Positions 31,901-43,900 of a DNA stretch of 64,000 nucleotides are shown here, piece after piece. Numbering within the stretch: the stretch's first letter is position 1; each line of letters starts with the position of its first letter. Both the position numbers and the translations under genes were made by a program. A model generated the notes under the pieces. It saw only the letters and a program-made list of their open reading frames with translations. It had not been told where the DNA came from and ran no database searches. Source of the stretch: Burkholderiales bacterium (GTDB lineage: Bacteria; Pseudomonadota; Gammaproteobacteria; Burkholderiales; Ga0077523); assembly GCA_019747905.1 (NCBI GenBank), contig JAIEQG010000087.1, positions 71,905 to 135,904 of the forward strand, written 5' to 3'.

Positions 31901-34900
31901 GCCTGCTGCCGCCGAACGATGCGCAGGGCCGCGGTGCCGGCTTCGTGAGCTACACGGTGATCGCACCGGTCGGCACCCCCACGGGCGACGAGATCCGTGC
32001 GTCCGCGCGCGTGATCTTCAACAACGCCGCACCCATCGATACCCCGGAGCTCGTGCAGAAGATCGATGGGGTCGGCCCGGCCACCACGACGACGGTCCGC
32101 ACGCTCGGCACCACCGACTACGAAGTGTCGTGGACCGCGGTCGACGATGCCGGCGGGTCCGGTGTCAAGCACACCTCGATCTACGTGTCGAAGGACGGCG
32201 GCGACTGGACCATCTGGCAGCGGCAGAGCACCGCGTCCCAGGCCATCTTCAGCGGCGAAGCGGGCAGCAGCTACGAGTTCCTCGCCGTCTCCACCGACAA
32301 CGCCGGCAATCGCGAGATCCCCACTCAGAGCCAGACCGTACCCGACGACGGGTCGCAGCCGAATCTCGGCAATACGCCCAACGTGGGCAGTCAGACCGTG
32401 GACCCCGGCGTTCCACCACCGGTTTCCACGACACCGTCGGTGAACCCGCTGTTCCTGCAGGCTCAGGCAGGCATACCGGCGCCGACGCCGACGGCGAAGC
32501 TCTCGCAGTTCGATTCGGTGCTGGCGCCGTTCTCGGCCCAGTCCTTCGGCCTCGGCGTTGGCCAAAGCCACGCCGGCATCGGTCCGCTCGCGCTGCTCGC
32601 GCGCCCGGACGGCACCTACATCGCGAGCGGCGGCAGCAACCGCGGCCAGCTCTACGCGTTCGATCAGGACGGCGGGACGGTGCTCAACCCGATCGCGACG
32701 CTGGATCAGCCGATCTTCGATCTCGCCTACGACCTCGATGGCCAGCTCTGGGCCACCACGGGCGGCGGCCAGTTGCTGCAGCTCGATCCGAACGACTTCA
32801 GCGTGCTCGAGCGCTATGGCGAGAGCATCACGCAAGCGCTCGCGGTGGATCCGGCAGGGGGCAAGCTGTACGTGTCCTCCGGCGATGGTGTCGACATCTT
32901 CGACACCGTGTCGCGCACGTTCCGCCGCTTCAGCAACTATCGCGTCGACGACCTGCAGTTCTCGCCCACGGGCGAACTATGGGGCACCAGCTGGCCCGAT
33001 CGCGGCACGGTGGTGAAGTTCGACAACCGCGGCCGGCCGCAGGCGATGATCAAGCTCGATTCCGAGGTCGACTCGATCGCGTTCGGTCGGCCCGGCAGTG
33101 CGCTCGAGGGATTGCTCTTCATCTCCAACCATGCACCGCTCGGCGATCCGAACGGTGCCAAGCTGGTGATGGTGGATCTCACCACGCTGCAGCGGGTCGA
33201 TCTCGCCACCGGCGGGCCGCAGGCGGAATCGCTGCTGGCGCTGGCCGACGGGCGCTTGCTCGTGGCCAACTCGCAGCAGATCGACGTGGTGGCGCCGATC
33301 ACCGCACCCTCGGTGCTGCGCTCGAACCCGGCGCCGGGCACCATCGTGCCGCTGCCGCAGGGCACGATCAGCGTCACGTTCGATCGCGACATGAAGACCG
33401 GCGACGCGACGGCGCTCGATTCGGTGCTCAACCAGTCCAACTACCGCCTGGTCGCGGAGAACAGCGGTGCCGTCACCGTCGAGTCGGTCACGTATGACGC
33501 TGCCACCCGCACGGCGACCCTCACGTTCGACACGCTCCAGCCCGACCGGTACGTGCTGTCGGTGGATCAGCGCATCCGTTCGACCGGCAATCTGCAGCTC
33601 ACCGCCGCCTACAGCGCCGCATTCACGGCCGTGTCGGATTTCTCGGCGCTGGTGGACATCGAGTTCGCCGCGACCCGCTCCGACCGAGGGGACGGCACGG
33701 TCTCGTTCGACGTGCGCGTCACCAACCGCACCGACTACGATCTGCGCACGCCGCTCCTGCTGGTGCTGGATCCGTCGCGCTACTTCACCGGAACGCCGCT
33801 CGGCGCGAGCATCGTCTCGAACGGGCTCTGGTTCATCGACCTCGGACAAGGGCTCACGGGCTCGGCGCTCGCACCTGGTGCCACGACCATCGCGCACACC
33901 GTGTCCATCGCGAATCCGCAGGCCCAGCGCATCGAGTTCGGCATCGGCGTGTATGCGTTGCCCTATCCGAACGAGGCGCCGAGGTTCCTGTCGGCCCCGG
34001 TGACGGCGGCGACGGTCGGCCAACCCTATCGCTACGAAGCGCAGGCGCAGGATCCGGATGGCGTCGCCATCACCTACGTGCTCATGGACGCGCCGGAGGG
34101 CGTGGCGGTCAACACCGCGACTGGCGTCGTCACCTGGGTGCCCACCGCGGCTTCGCCCGCGATCGCTCCGGTGGTCCTCCGCGCGTACGATTCGCGCGGC
34201 GGCTACGTCGCGCAGGCATTCACGATCGCTGTGGCGGCGGGCAACCGGGCGCCGGTGATCGACAGCATTCCGGCGACCATCCGGTTGAGCGAAGGCCAGG
34301 CTGTGCGTTTCGCGGTCGGCGCTGCCGATCCCGACGGTCAGGCATTGCAGGTCTACGCAGACCGGCTGCCGCCGGGCGCGCGCTTCGATGCCGATGCCGG
34401 GATGTTCGAGTGGACGCCCGGCTACGACCAGGCGGGTGAGTACGCCGACGTGCGGTTCATCGCGTCCGACGGCATCGCCGAGACGGTGCGCAGCGTGAAG
34501 TTCTTCGTCGAGCAGGCGAATGCCGTACCGGTGCTTGCCGGCGTGCCGGAGCGCACGGTGCGTCAGGGCGACCCGATCCGCGTGCAGTTGCATGCCACGG
34601 ACTTCGAGGGCGAGCCGATCGTCTACTCCAGTCTCAATCTGCCCGGCGGTGCCTTCATCGACCCCAACACCGGTGCCTTCGAGTGGACGCCGTCGTTCAC
34701 GAACACCGGGCCGGTGTCGATCGTGTTCCGTGCGTCGGATGGCAGGGCCTCGAGCGAGACCACGGCCATCTTCACGGTGCTCAACGTCAATGCCGCGCCG
34801 CAGTTCGACTCGTTCGCCGGCGTCGCGGTGCTGGAAGGCGAGACCGTCTCGTTGCGTGCCTTCGCGTTCGACCCCGACAATCCGGACTTCGTGCCGCCCG

Positions 34901-37900
34901 ATCGCATCCAAGACGGCACCCTGACTGCACTCCAGGGAAGCCTGCCGACCGTCACGGTCGCCGCATCGAACCTGCCGGCCGGGGCCACCTTCGATCCGGC
35001 AACGCTGCAGTTCGCCTGGACGCCCTCGTACACCCAGGCGGGCACCCAACTGATCCGCTTCACGGCGACCGACGATGGCGACGGCACCGGTGTGCCGGCC
35101 GTCACGATCGTCGACGTGCCGATCGTCGTCGGCAACGCCAACCGCGCGCCGGTGCTGACCGAGCTCACCAACCAGAGCGCCGACCGCGGTGCCGTGGTGG
35201 ACGTGCCGTTCAGTGCGATCGACCCCGACGGCAACCCGATCGTCCTCACCGCGACCGGTCTGCCGCGCTTCGCTTCGTTGATCGACCAGGGGTCCGGCAA
35301 CTGGGTGCTCCGCCTCGCACCGGGAGATCAGGATCGCGGAGACTACGTCGTGACTCTGGCGGCCAGGGACGACGGTGACGGTGGAAGCCCCAAGGCGGCG
35401 CTCACCGCGAGCCGTACTTTCGTCATCACCGCCAACTCGCTGTCGGAGCCGCCGTTGCTCGACCCCGTGGGTCACAAGGTGGCGCTGATCGGTCAGGAGC
35501 TGGTGGTGCAACTGACCGCCACGGACCTGGATCAGGACCCGCTCACCTTCTCCGCCATCGGCCTGCCGCCGGGTGCCACGCTGCAGCCTGGCATCGGGTA
35601 CGGTACCGGGGTGCTGCGCTGGACGCCGACGGGCCCGGGCAGCTTCGACGTGACGCTGCGCGTGACCGATAACGGCAACAACGGTACCGGTCCGGTCGGC
35701 GAAGCGGTGGAGACCATCCGCATCGTCGCGCGTGCCACCAATGCGGCGCCGATCCTGCTGCCGATCGGCGACCGGACTGTGGGCGAAGGCGAACGGCTCG
35801 AGGTGGTACTCGCGGCGGTCGACCCGGACGGCGATCCGCTCACCTATTTCGCCGACAACCTGCCGGCCGGCGCCACGTTCGATGCGCGCACCGGCGTGTT
35901 GGTGTGGATTCCATCGTTCTTCGAAGCCGGCACCTATCGGGACATCGTGTTCGGCGTCGGCGACGGCGCGGCCACCAGCACCGAAAGCATCGCGATCACC
36001 GTCGAGCAGACCAACCGGTCGCCGTTCCTGGTCGGCATCCCGCCGATCGGCGGCCAGGAAGACCGCGTGCTGCAGTTCTCGCTGGTGGGATCGGATCCGG
36101 ACAACGACGCGATCGTGTATGCGCTGGTCGCCGGCAACCAACCCGGCGTGTTCTTCGATCCGCTCGCCGGCACCTTCGAGTGGACGCCGAACTTCGATCA
36201 GGCCGGGACGTACACGTTCACGTTCGAAGCGCGCGACTTCGCCGGCCTCGTCGATGCCATCGATGTGCAGGTGTCGATCGCCGACGTGAATCGGGCGCCG
36301 GTCATCCAGCTCACCAATCGTCTCGCGCAACTGGGCGAGCGCCTCGAGTTCACGATCGGCGGGTCCGATCCGGATACCAACGAGACGCTCGTGTTCTCGG
36401 CCGCCGGATTGCCGGAAGGCGCGACCCTGGACCCGGTGACGGGGCGTTTCATCTGGACACCGGGTCCCGGCCAGTCGGGCGATCATCTGGTTCAGGTCAG
36501 TCTGAGCGACGGCAAGACCGCCACCATCCGTCCGCTCGTGATCCGTGCCGCGCAGCAGCCGCAGGAACCGGCGCTGTCGGTGGAGGTCACGCCGTCGTTC
36601 CCCTCGGTCCCGGGGCAGACCGTGACCGCCACCGTGCTCGCGGAAGCCTTCTCCGCCATCGCGAGCCGCAGCCTTACACTGAACGGCGTCGCTCTCACGC
36701 TCGACGAGCGCGGGCGCGCCACGTTCCTCGCCGGTGCGCCGGGGCTGTATACGCTGGTCGCGGGAGCCACCGATCTCGACGGCGTCACCGCGCGAGTGGA
36801 GAAGATCTTGCGCGTGCGCGACCCGGCGGATACCGCCGCGCCGGTCGTCACGTTCGACGTCGGCGTCGGCGGGCGCAAGCTGGTTTCGCCCTTCGCCATC
36901 GGCGGCGAGGTCGCCGACACCAATCTCGACAGCTGGATGCTTGAGATCGCACGCGCATCGGGCGACGCGTTCGTCACGCTCGCCTCGGGACGCACCACGA
37001 TCGACGGGGTCCTCACGACGCTCGATCCACGTACGCTCGAGAACGGCTTCTATCGCCTGCGGTTGTCGGCGGTGGACATCGCCGGACGTCGCTCGGAGCG
37101 GTTGGCGGACATCGAAGTCGCGACCACCGAGAAGCTCGGCCGTTACCTCACCGCGGTCACCGACTACACGGTGAATCTCGGCGGCAAGACTCTCGATCTC
37201 GTGCGCCGCTACGACTCCCTCGCGGCCGGCATCGAGTCGAGCTTCGGCTACGGCTGGAGCCTCGCGCTGCGCGACGTTCGCATCGAGACCGACGTGCCGC
37301 TCACCGGCAACGAAGCCTCGGGTGGGCATGGTCCGCTGCGTACGGGCTCGCGGCTGTATGTGACCACGCCCAGTGGCGAGCGGGTCGGGTTCACGTTCGC
37401 GCCGGAACAGGTGAACGGTCCGGGTTACGCGTATTTTCTGCCGAAGTGGATCGCCGATCCGGGTGTCGACTGGACTCTCGAATCGGTCGACGTCAAGCTG
37501 CAGCGCGGCAACGACCGGTTCTACGTGCTCGCGGACGGCGCAGCCTACAACCCGGCTGCTCTGTCGGGTGAGCGTGCCCAGTACACCTTGACCGCAACAG
37601 ACGGCACGCGCTATGCCATCGATGCCGCGCGCGGCGTGACCGGCATCACGTTCGCGGATGGCACCCGGTTCGCGGTGAGCGACAGCGGCATCACCGGTCC
37701 GGGCAACGACAATGTTGCCTTCGTCCGCGACGCGGCAGGGCGCCTCGAACGGATCCAGACCAACGACGGGCGGTTGTTCGACTACGACTACGACGCCGCC
37801 GGCAATCTCGTGTCGGTGCGCAATCTCGCGCTGGGCAGCTCGTTGCGGTACGCCTACGCCGATCCCGAGGCGCACTTGCTCACGCTTGTCACCGGACCCA

Positions 37901-40900
37901 CCGGCGGCCAGACCGTCGAGTACGGTGCCGGCGTTACCGTCCGCACCATCAACGCCGACCTCGGCGCGGCGCTCAATTATCTCTCGCGCACCTTCACCGG
38001 TACGCTCGATGCAGGCGCAACCGAGCTTTACAGCTTTGCCGTGCGGCCCAGCGAGATCGGCCTGCCCCAGGGCGGTGCTGCGCTGATCGGCGTGATCGTG
38101 GAAGCGGCGGCGGGTTCCGCGCTGCAGCCTGCGCTTCCGGCGATCGACGGTCTCACGCCGATCGCATCCAGGGCCGAGGGCGGTCGTGCCTTCGCGCTCT
38201 ATCGCATCGACGAGGCCGGTCTCAATACACTGCGGGTGTCGGGTTCGGGATCCGGCGGCTACACGCTGTCGTTCTTCGCGGCGGGCGACGCCGACGGCGA
38301 TGCCGATGTCGACGGCGCCGATGCAGCGCTGCTGGCCACGGCGCGCGGTGCCGGCGCCTATCTCGCTGCCGGCGATGCGGATCGCAACGGCGTGGTGGAC
38401 GCATCGGATACCCAGTTGCTGTTCGCCAACCTGGGGTTCGCGCCGAACCGGGCGCCGACCGCGCTGGCCGGGACCGGTTTCACGCACGTGGACCTCGAGA
38501 CGCCGATCGCGATGCTGCCGCTCGCGACCGACCCGGAAGGCGATCCGCTGATCGTGCGCCTGACCGGAGCGACCAACGGTACGGTACGACTCTCCGGCGA
38601 CGGGCGCACCGCGCTGTTCACGCCCGAGGCGGGATTCTCCGGCACCGCCACGTTCAGCTTCGTGGCCGACGACGGCTTCACCCTGTCCGCGCCGAACACG
38701 GTCACCGTCACCGTGAGCGCCGCGCCGCTCGTGAGCATCGACTTCATGGCGCGCCAGCCGCGCATCGGCATCGGCGGCGGCACGCAGCTGCAATTCATCG
38801 GCGACTTCGCCGATCAGACCGGCGTGCTGCTGCCGGGCACGTACCTGAGCCTTTCCAGCACCAACGGTACGGCCGGGCAGGTGCGGGCGGATGGGCGGTT
38901 CCTCGGCGCTGCCCAGGGCTACGGCGCCATCGTGGCCGCGCGCGGTGATATCCAGGCCGCCACCGCCTTCATGGTGGGTGCGCCCGCGGACATCGCCGAC
39001 GCGGCACTGGCGACACTCGGCCTCACCTCCTATCCCGGCGCCGTCACGCTGGTGGCCAACACCGGCTCGCGCCAGATCCTGCTGTCCGACCCGCTCGAAC
39101 GGGACGTGGCGGGCGGAGTCTCGGGCACGCGCTACTTCTCGAGCGATCCCTCGATCATCGAGATCACGGCCGACGGTCGCATTCTCGGCAAGGCACCCGG
39201 CGAGGCGATCGTCACCGCTATCCACAAGATGGCCGAGTCGCGCATCGCCGTGAAGGTGGCGACGCCGCAATCGGGTCCTGCCACCGTCGGAGCCGACGGC
39301 GGAGTCGTGCAGGGCGACAACGGCATGATCGTCGCCGTGGCCCCCGGTGCTCTGGACGGCGAAACGACGGTCTCGTTGCAGACAGCCGATCCCGCCAGCT
39401 TCGGGGTGCCGGTGCCGCCCGCGGATCTGGGGTGGCAGCTCGGTGCGGCGTTCCGCCTCGACGTCGGCGGCGACCCGATGAAGACTGCCGCGCAGCTCGC
39501 CATTCCCACGGCACTGGCCGCAGGAACCGCGGTTTCGTTCTATCGCCTGCTGGATGTGCCGGCGCCCGACGGTTCCGTCACCCGCGGCTGGCTCGAGGTG
39601 GAGACCGGGGTGGTCGATGCCGACGGCGTCGCGCGCACGTCTTCGCCGCCCTATCCCGGCATCACCGGCAGCGGCGACTACGTCGTGCTCGGCATCACGC
39701 CGGGTCAGCTGGTGCGGGCCAACATCACGCTGGAAGACATCGCGGAAGTGAGTTTCGGCCTGTTCCAGGCGGCTCAGGCGCTGCGGCCGTTGATCGCGGT
39801 CTCGCCCGGACTCACCATGTGGGCGGCCGCCTCCGCCGCGGCGACGTACGTGCTGACCCTGCCGCCCGGGCAGCACAACATCACCGTGCGCGCGCTCGGA
39901 CCCGACGGCAACGTGTACGACTCGACGCCGCGACGGGTGGAGATCCAGCAGGGCGCGAACCTGCAGGTGCGCTCGGACATCGTCGCCAACTTCGATCCGA
40001 ACGCCACCCGGCCGCAGATCGGCGGCCTGTTCGGTCTCTCGCCGGCGCGGGTCCAGCTCGAGGACATCGGCAGCGGACTCGAACCGATCCTCACCATCCG
40101 CGGCCAGAAACTGCTGTGGGCACCGCCCGGCGCGCCGGCAGTTAGCGGCAGCCAGCTGGGAACGGAGAATGCCGACGTGCGGGTGATCTTCCGCGCCGAC
40201 GGACGCGAGGTGGCCTCGGCAACCGTGATCCAGAGCAACAACCTCGCCGGCGGACTGCAGGAGATCAAGGTTCGCGTGCCGCAGAGCGTCGCGATCGGCA
40301 CGGTGACCTTCGAGGTCAAGCGCACCGGTTACACGCTCATCAGCCTGCCCGACGGGTCGCCCTACTGGCTCCCTTACACCTCGGAATCGAGCGACGCGGT
40401 GCGCGTGAATCCGGAAGCACGCTTCGTGTTCGCGGCCGGCGGCGGGGCGGACAACGTGCTCGCCATCTCGATGGCGGCCGGCACGAACTACGACGCGAAC
40501 GAGATCGTGGCCCGCATTCCGGTGGGCGATCAGCAGTCGAGCGTGCCGTACATCGATGCGAACGGCAATCCTGCCGTTCGTACCGACGTCGGCGTGCCGA
40601 ACGTGCCGCGCGCCGTGGCGGTCACCGGCGACAACACCCGGGCGTACGTGACGCTGCGGGGCATTCGTCCGAACGGTGAAGGTACCGGCGTCGCCGTCGT
40701 CGATGCGATCACGCTGCAGCAGATCGATGCCGTGCCCGATGTGGCGACGCTGCCGCTCACGCAGGGCGTGCAGTACATCCGTCTCAACGTGCCCGATGCC
40801 CGTCCGTTCTGGATCGTGGTGGACGATGCGCAGCGGCTCGCGTTCGTCGGTGACGAGGGCTATTCGCCATCGCTCACCGGCGAAATTTCGACCGGCGGTC

Positions 40901-43900
40901 GCATCTACGTGATCGACATCGACCCGTCTTCGGAGACCTATAACCAGCAGATCGGCACTCTCACAATACGCTTGGGCAGCACCGATCTGGCGCCGCTCGG
41001 GTTGCGCGGCATGGTGATGTCCGGAGACGGACAGCTGCTGCTCGCCGCACCGGACAAGTGGGCACCCGGGCAGCTCGCCACGGGGACGCGGATCAAGCCC
41101 GGCAACCTCATCGTCGGCGACGTGCGCAACATGCGTGCGCAGCTCGCGGTGTCGTCCAACCTCAAGGTGGAACAGGTGCTCAACGTCGGGCCCGATCCCT
41201 ACGGCATCTCCACCACGTCCGACGCGAACCGCATCATCTTCACCAACAAGGGCTTCGATGGCGATGCCCAGCCGGGTGTGGGTCTCGCGCGCGCCGGCGG
41301 TATCGGACTGCTGACGCGCACGCCCGGCAGCCGGACCTGGAACACCCCGACCTACCTCGACATGACCCTGGGATCGGCAGTCGACGACCTCGATCTCAAC
41401 AGCGCCCAGGGCGTGATCGTTACGTCCGATCTCAAATATGCGTTCGTCACCGGGTTCAACACCTTCAAGCAGGGGGTGCCGTCGGCCGACCCCGACATCT
41501 CGCGGCGCAACCCCGCCGGCGGTAACGTCGGTGTCATCCGCGACCCGTTCAACCTGTTCCCCGCGATGTCCAAGAAGGGCCTGGTCGCCGTGACCCGGCA
41601 ACTGCCATGGTCCAGCCCGGACAACCTCGCGCTCTCGTCGGACGGCAAGGTGCTGTGGGTGGCCTATGCGGGCATCGGGCAGGTCGCCGGCTACAGCGTG
41701 GAGGCACTCATCAACGCCGTGGAGACGATGCTCGCCACGACGCCGCCCGGATGGCCGCAAAGCGATCCCAGATTCGGTCTCACGCTCAACTACTACAACG
41801 CAATCAACAATTTCATCTTCGACGCGAGCGGGCCGGTCTACGTCAGTACCAATCCCGGTGCCGGGCCGCCGCTGATCGATGCGGCCACCGGTGCCCAACT
41901 CGTGAACGGGTTCGGTGCGCCACTGTATCGAGCCCCGAGCGGTGAACTCTTGTTCGCACCGAACACGCTGATCGATCTCAAGGCCGACTTCCGCATGCCG
42001 ATCGGCGCCAGCACCACGGTGTTCTCGAACTTCGATCCGGCACGCGCGCCGCTCAACGGCGGCATCCTCGTTCGGGGGCTCGCGTCGCAGAACCAGGTGC
42101 TGACGCTCATCGGCCCCGATGCGAACGCACAGACGCCGGACAGCACGCCCAAGTTCGAGTGGAAGGTCAACTCGAACGACGTGGAGACCACGTTGTACGT
42201 GACGGCGTCGCGCGGCGGCGAAGGGCTGTTCCCGAAGCTGCTGCCGGACGGAACCGACGCGTATGCCCATCGCATCCTGACCAAGACGTTCGCCCCCGGG
42301 GCTGCCGGTGCGACCCAGTCGTTCGAGCTGCCGCGCGAACTCCAGTTGACCCAGGGCCAGACCTACTACTGGGCCGTCGAAGCGCGAGCCGGCGACGGAC
42401 GGGTCTATCGCGATTGGCGTTCGTTCAAGGTGGAAACCCCGACGACGCCGGGCGTGCCGCCCACGGGGTACAACGGCGTCGTGGTGCTGATCGACGGCTT
42501 CGAGCTGCCCTACACGTCACTAGAGCTGGAAGGGCGCGAGAAGGTCACCAACAACCGCATGCGCGATTTCGCCGATCGAATCGCGGGTGGCTACGGCGGG
42601 GTGATCCTCGAACAGAGCGACTCCGGCTGGGTGGTGCGCGGCGGTCCGGCGTCGGCCGCGGCGGATCCGTATCAGGCGGCACTCGGCGGGGCGGTCGTGC
42701 TGATGCCGAAGTGGGCGAAGGAAGTCGTCATGAACGACTCCGGCTTCGCCGAAGCCGCGGCCGATCAGATCTTCGCCGCCATCGCCACTCTCCTCAAGGA
42801 CCCGGTCCATGGCACGCAGTTCCGCGATGCCGCGTGGAATTTCGTCGGGTTCTCGCGCGGCGCCTCGGTGGCGTCCGAAGTGATCCAGCGCCTCGCCACC
42901 TTCTTCCCGGCGAGCGCGCCCGACGGTCTGCAGAACGTCCGTCTCACGACTCTCGACGCGGTGGATCCGCCCAACGTCGACATCGCCGCCACGCTGGCGC
43001 AGCTCTCCAGCACCGCGGCCGACGCGGGCCGCCTGTTCGACCGCTACGTGCAGGCGATCACCAGCTATCAGGTCGTCACCGGCGAGACCCACATCGACTA
43101 CAGCCGGCTGTTCGATCCCGACGTCCGCACCTGGTCGAACATCTACTTCCACGACAACTACTACGGCGGGCGGCCGGGGGGCGGGTCGATCCCGTCGTCC
43201 GATCTCGAACTGGATCTCACCGGGCGTGCCGGCTTCACCGGCGGCGAGATCTTCCCCGGCATGCCGCTCGCGAATGCGCGCACGCTGTCCTGGTACGTCG
43301 GCACTGCGTCGTTGTCGGCGCGGCAGGCGCCGTTCGTCGACAAGGCCGTGCCCACGGCCGATCGCATCTGGCGCTCGGTGGTGGATGTCGGCTACCAGCC
43401 CAAGACCTCGTGGCTGTCCGACACATCGCCCGACGGGCTCGCTTTCAACAGCAGGTTCGCGCCCTACTCGAACACTCCCTGGTATCGCGCGCGCGACAAC
43501 GAGGCCACCGGCAGTGTTCTCGGCCTGAGTTTCTCGGGCACCGTGCCGGTATGGAGCATCACCGATCCGATCGGGAACGGCACCTTCGATCCCTTGACCG
43601 ACACCGCGCCATGGGAAGGCATCGGACAGGGCTGGTTCTACTCGTACCTCGGCGGGGCGACGTTGATTCCGTTCCGTCAGTCCCCCAACTTCGAGCGCGA
43701 GCAACCGTTCCGCGACAACACCGAGTTCGGACGCGGCGACGGTGCGGTGCCTTCCATCTACAACGGCAACTTCCAGGCGTCGGCGCGACCGGTCGTCGGA
43801 CGGTTCGTGCCGACCGGGTCCTTAAGCGTGATCGAGCCGTGGCTCGAAGTGCCGGGGTGGTCCTTGCGCGGGAGCGACGGCGGCCGGCTGCAGGGGCTGC

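Noticed and set aside
37198-37930. Giant protein as an Rhs/YD polymorphic toxin.
   Set aside because: Only about 245 aa of YD-like sequence is present, far short of a shell. No Rhs core-end motif, C-terminal toxin domain or downstream immunity gene is visible. The ORF continues for another 3,800 aa of unrelated modules.
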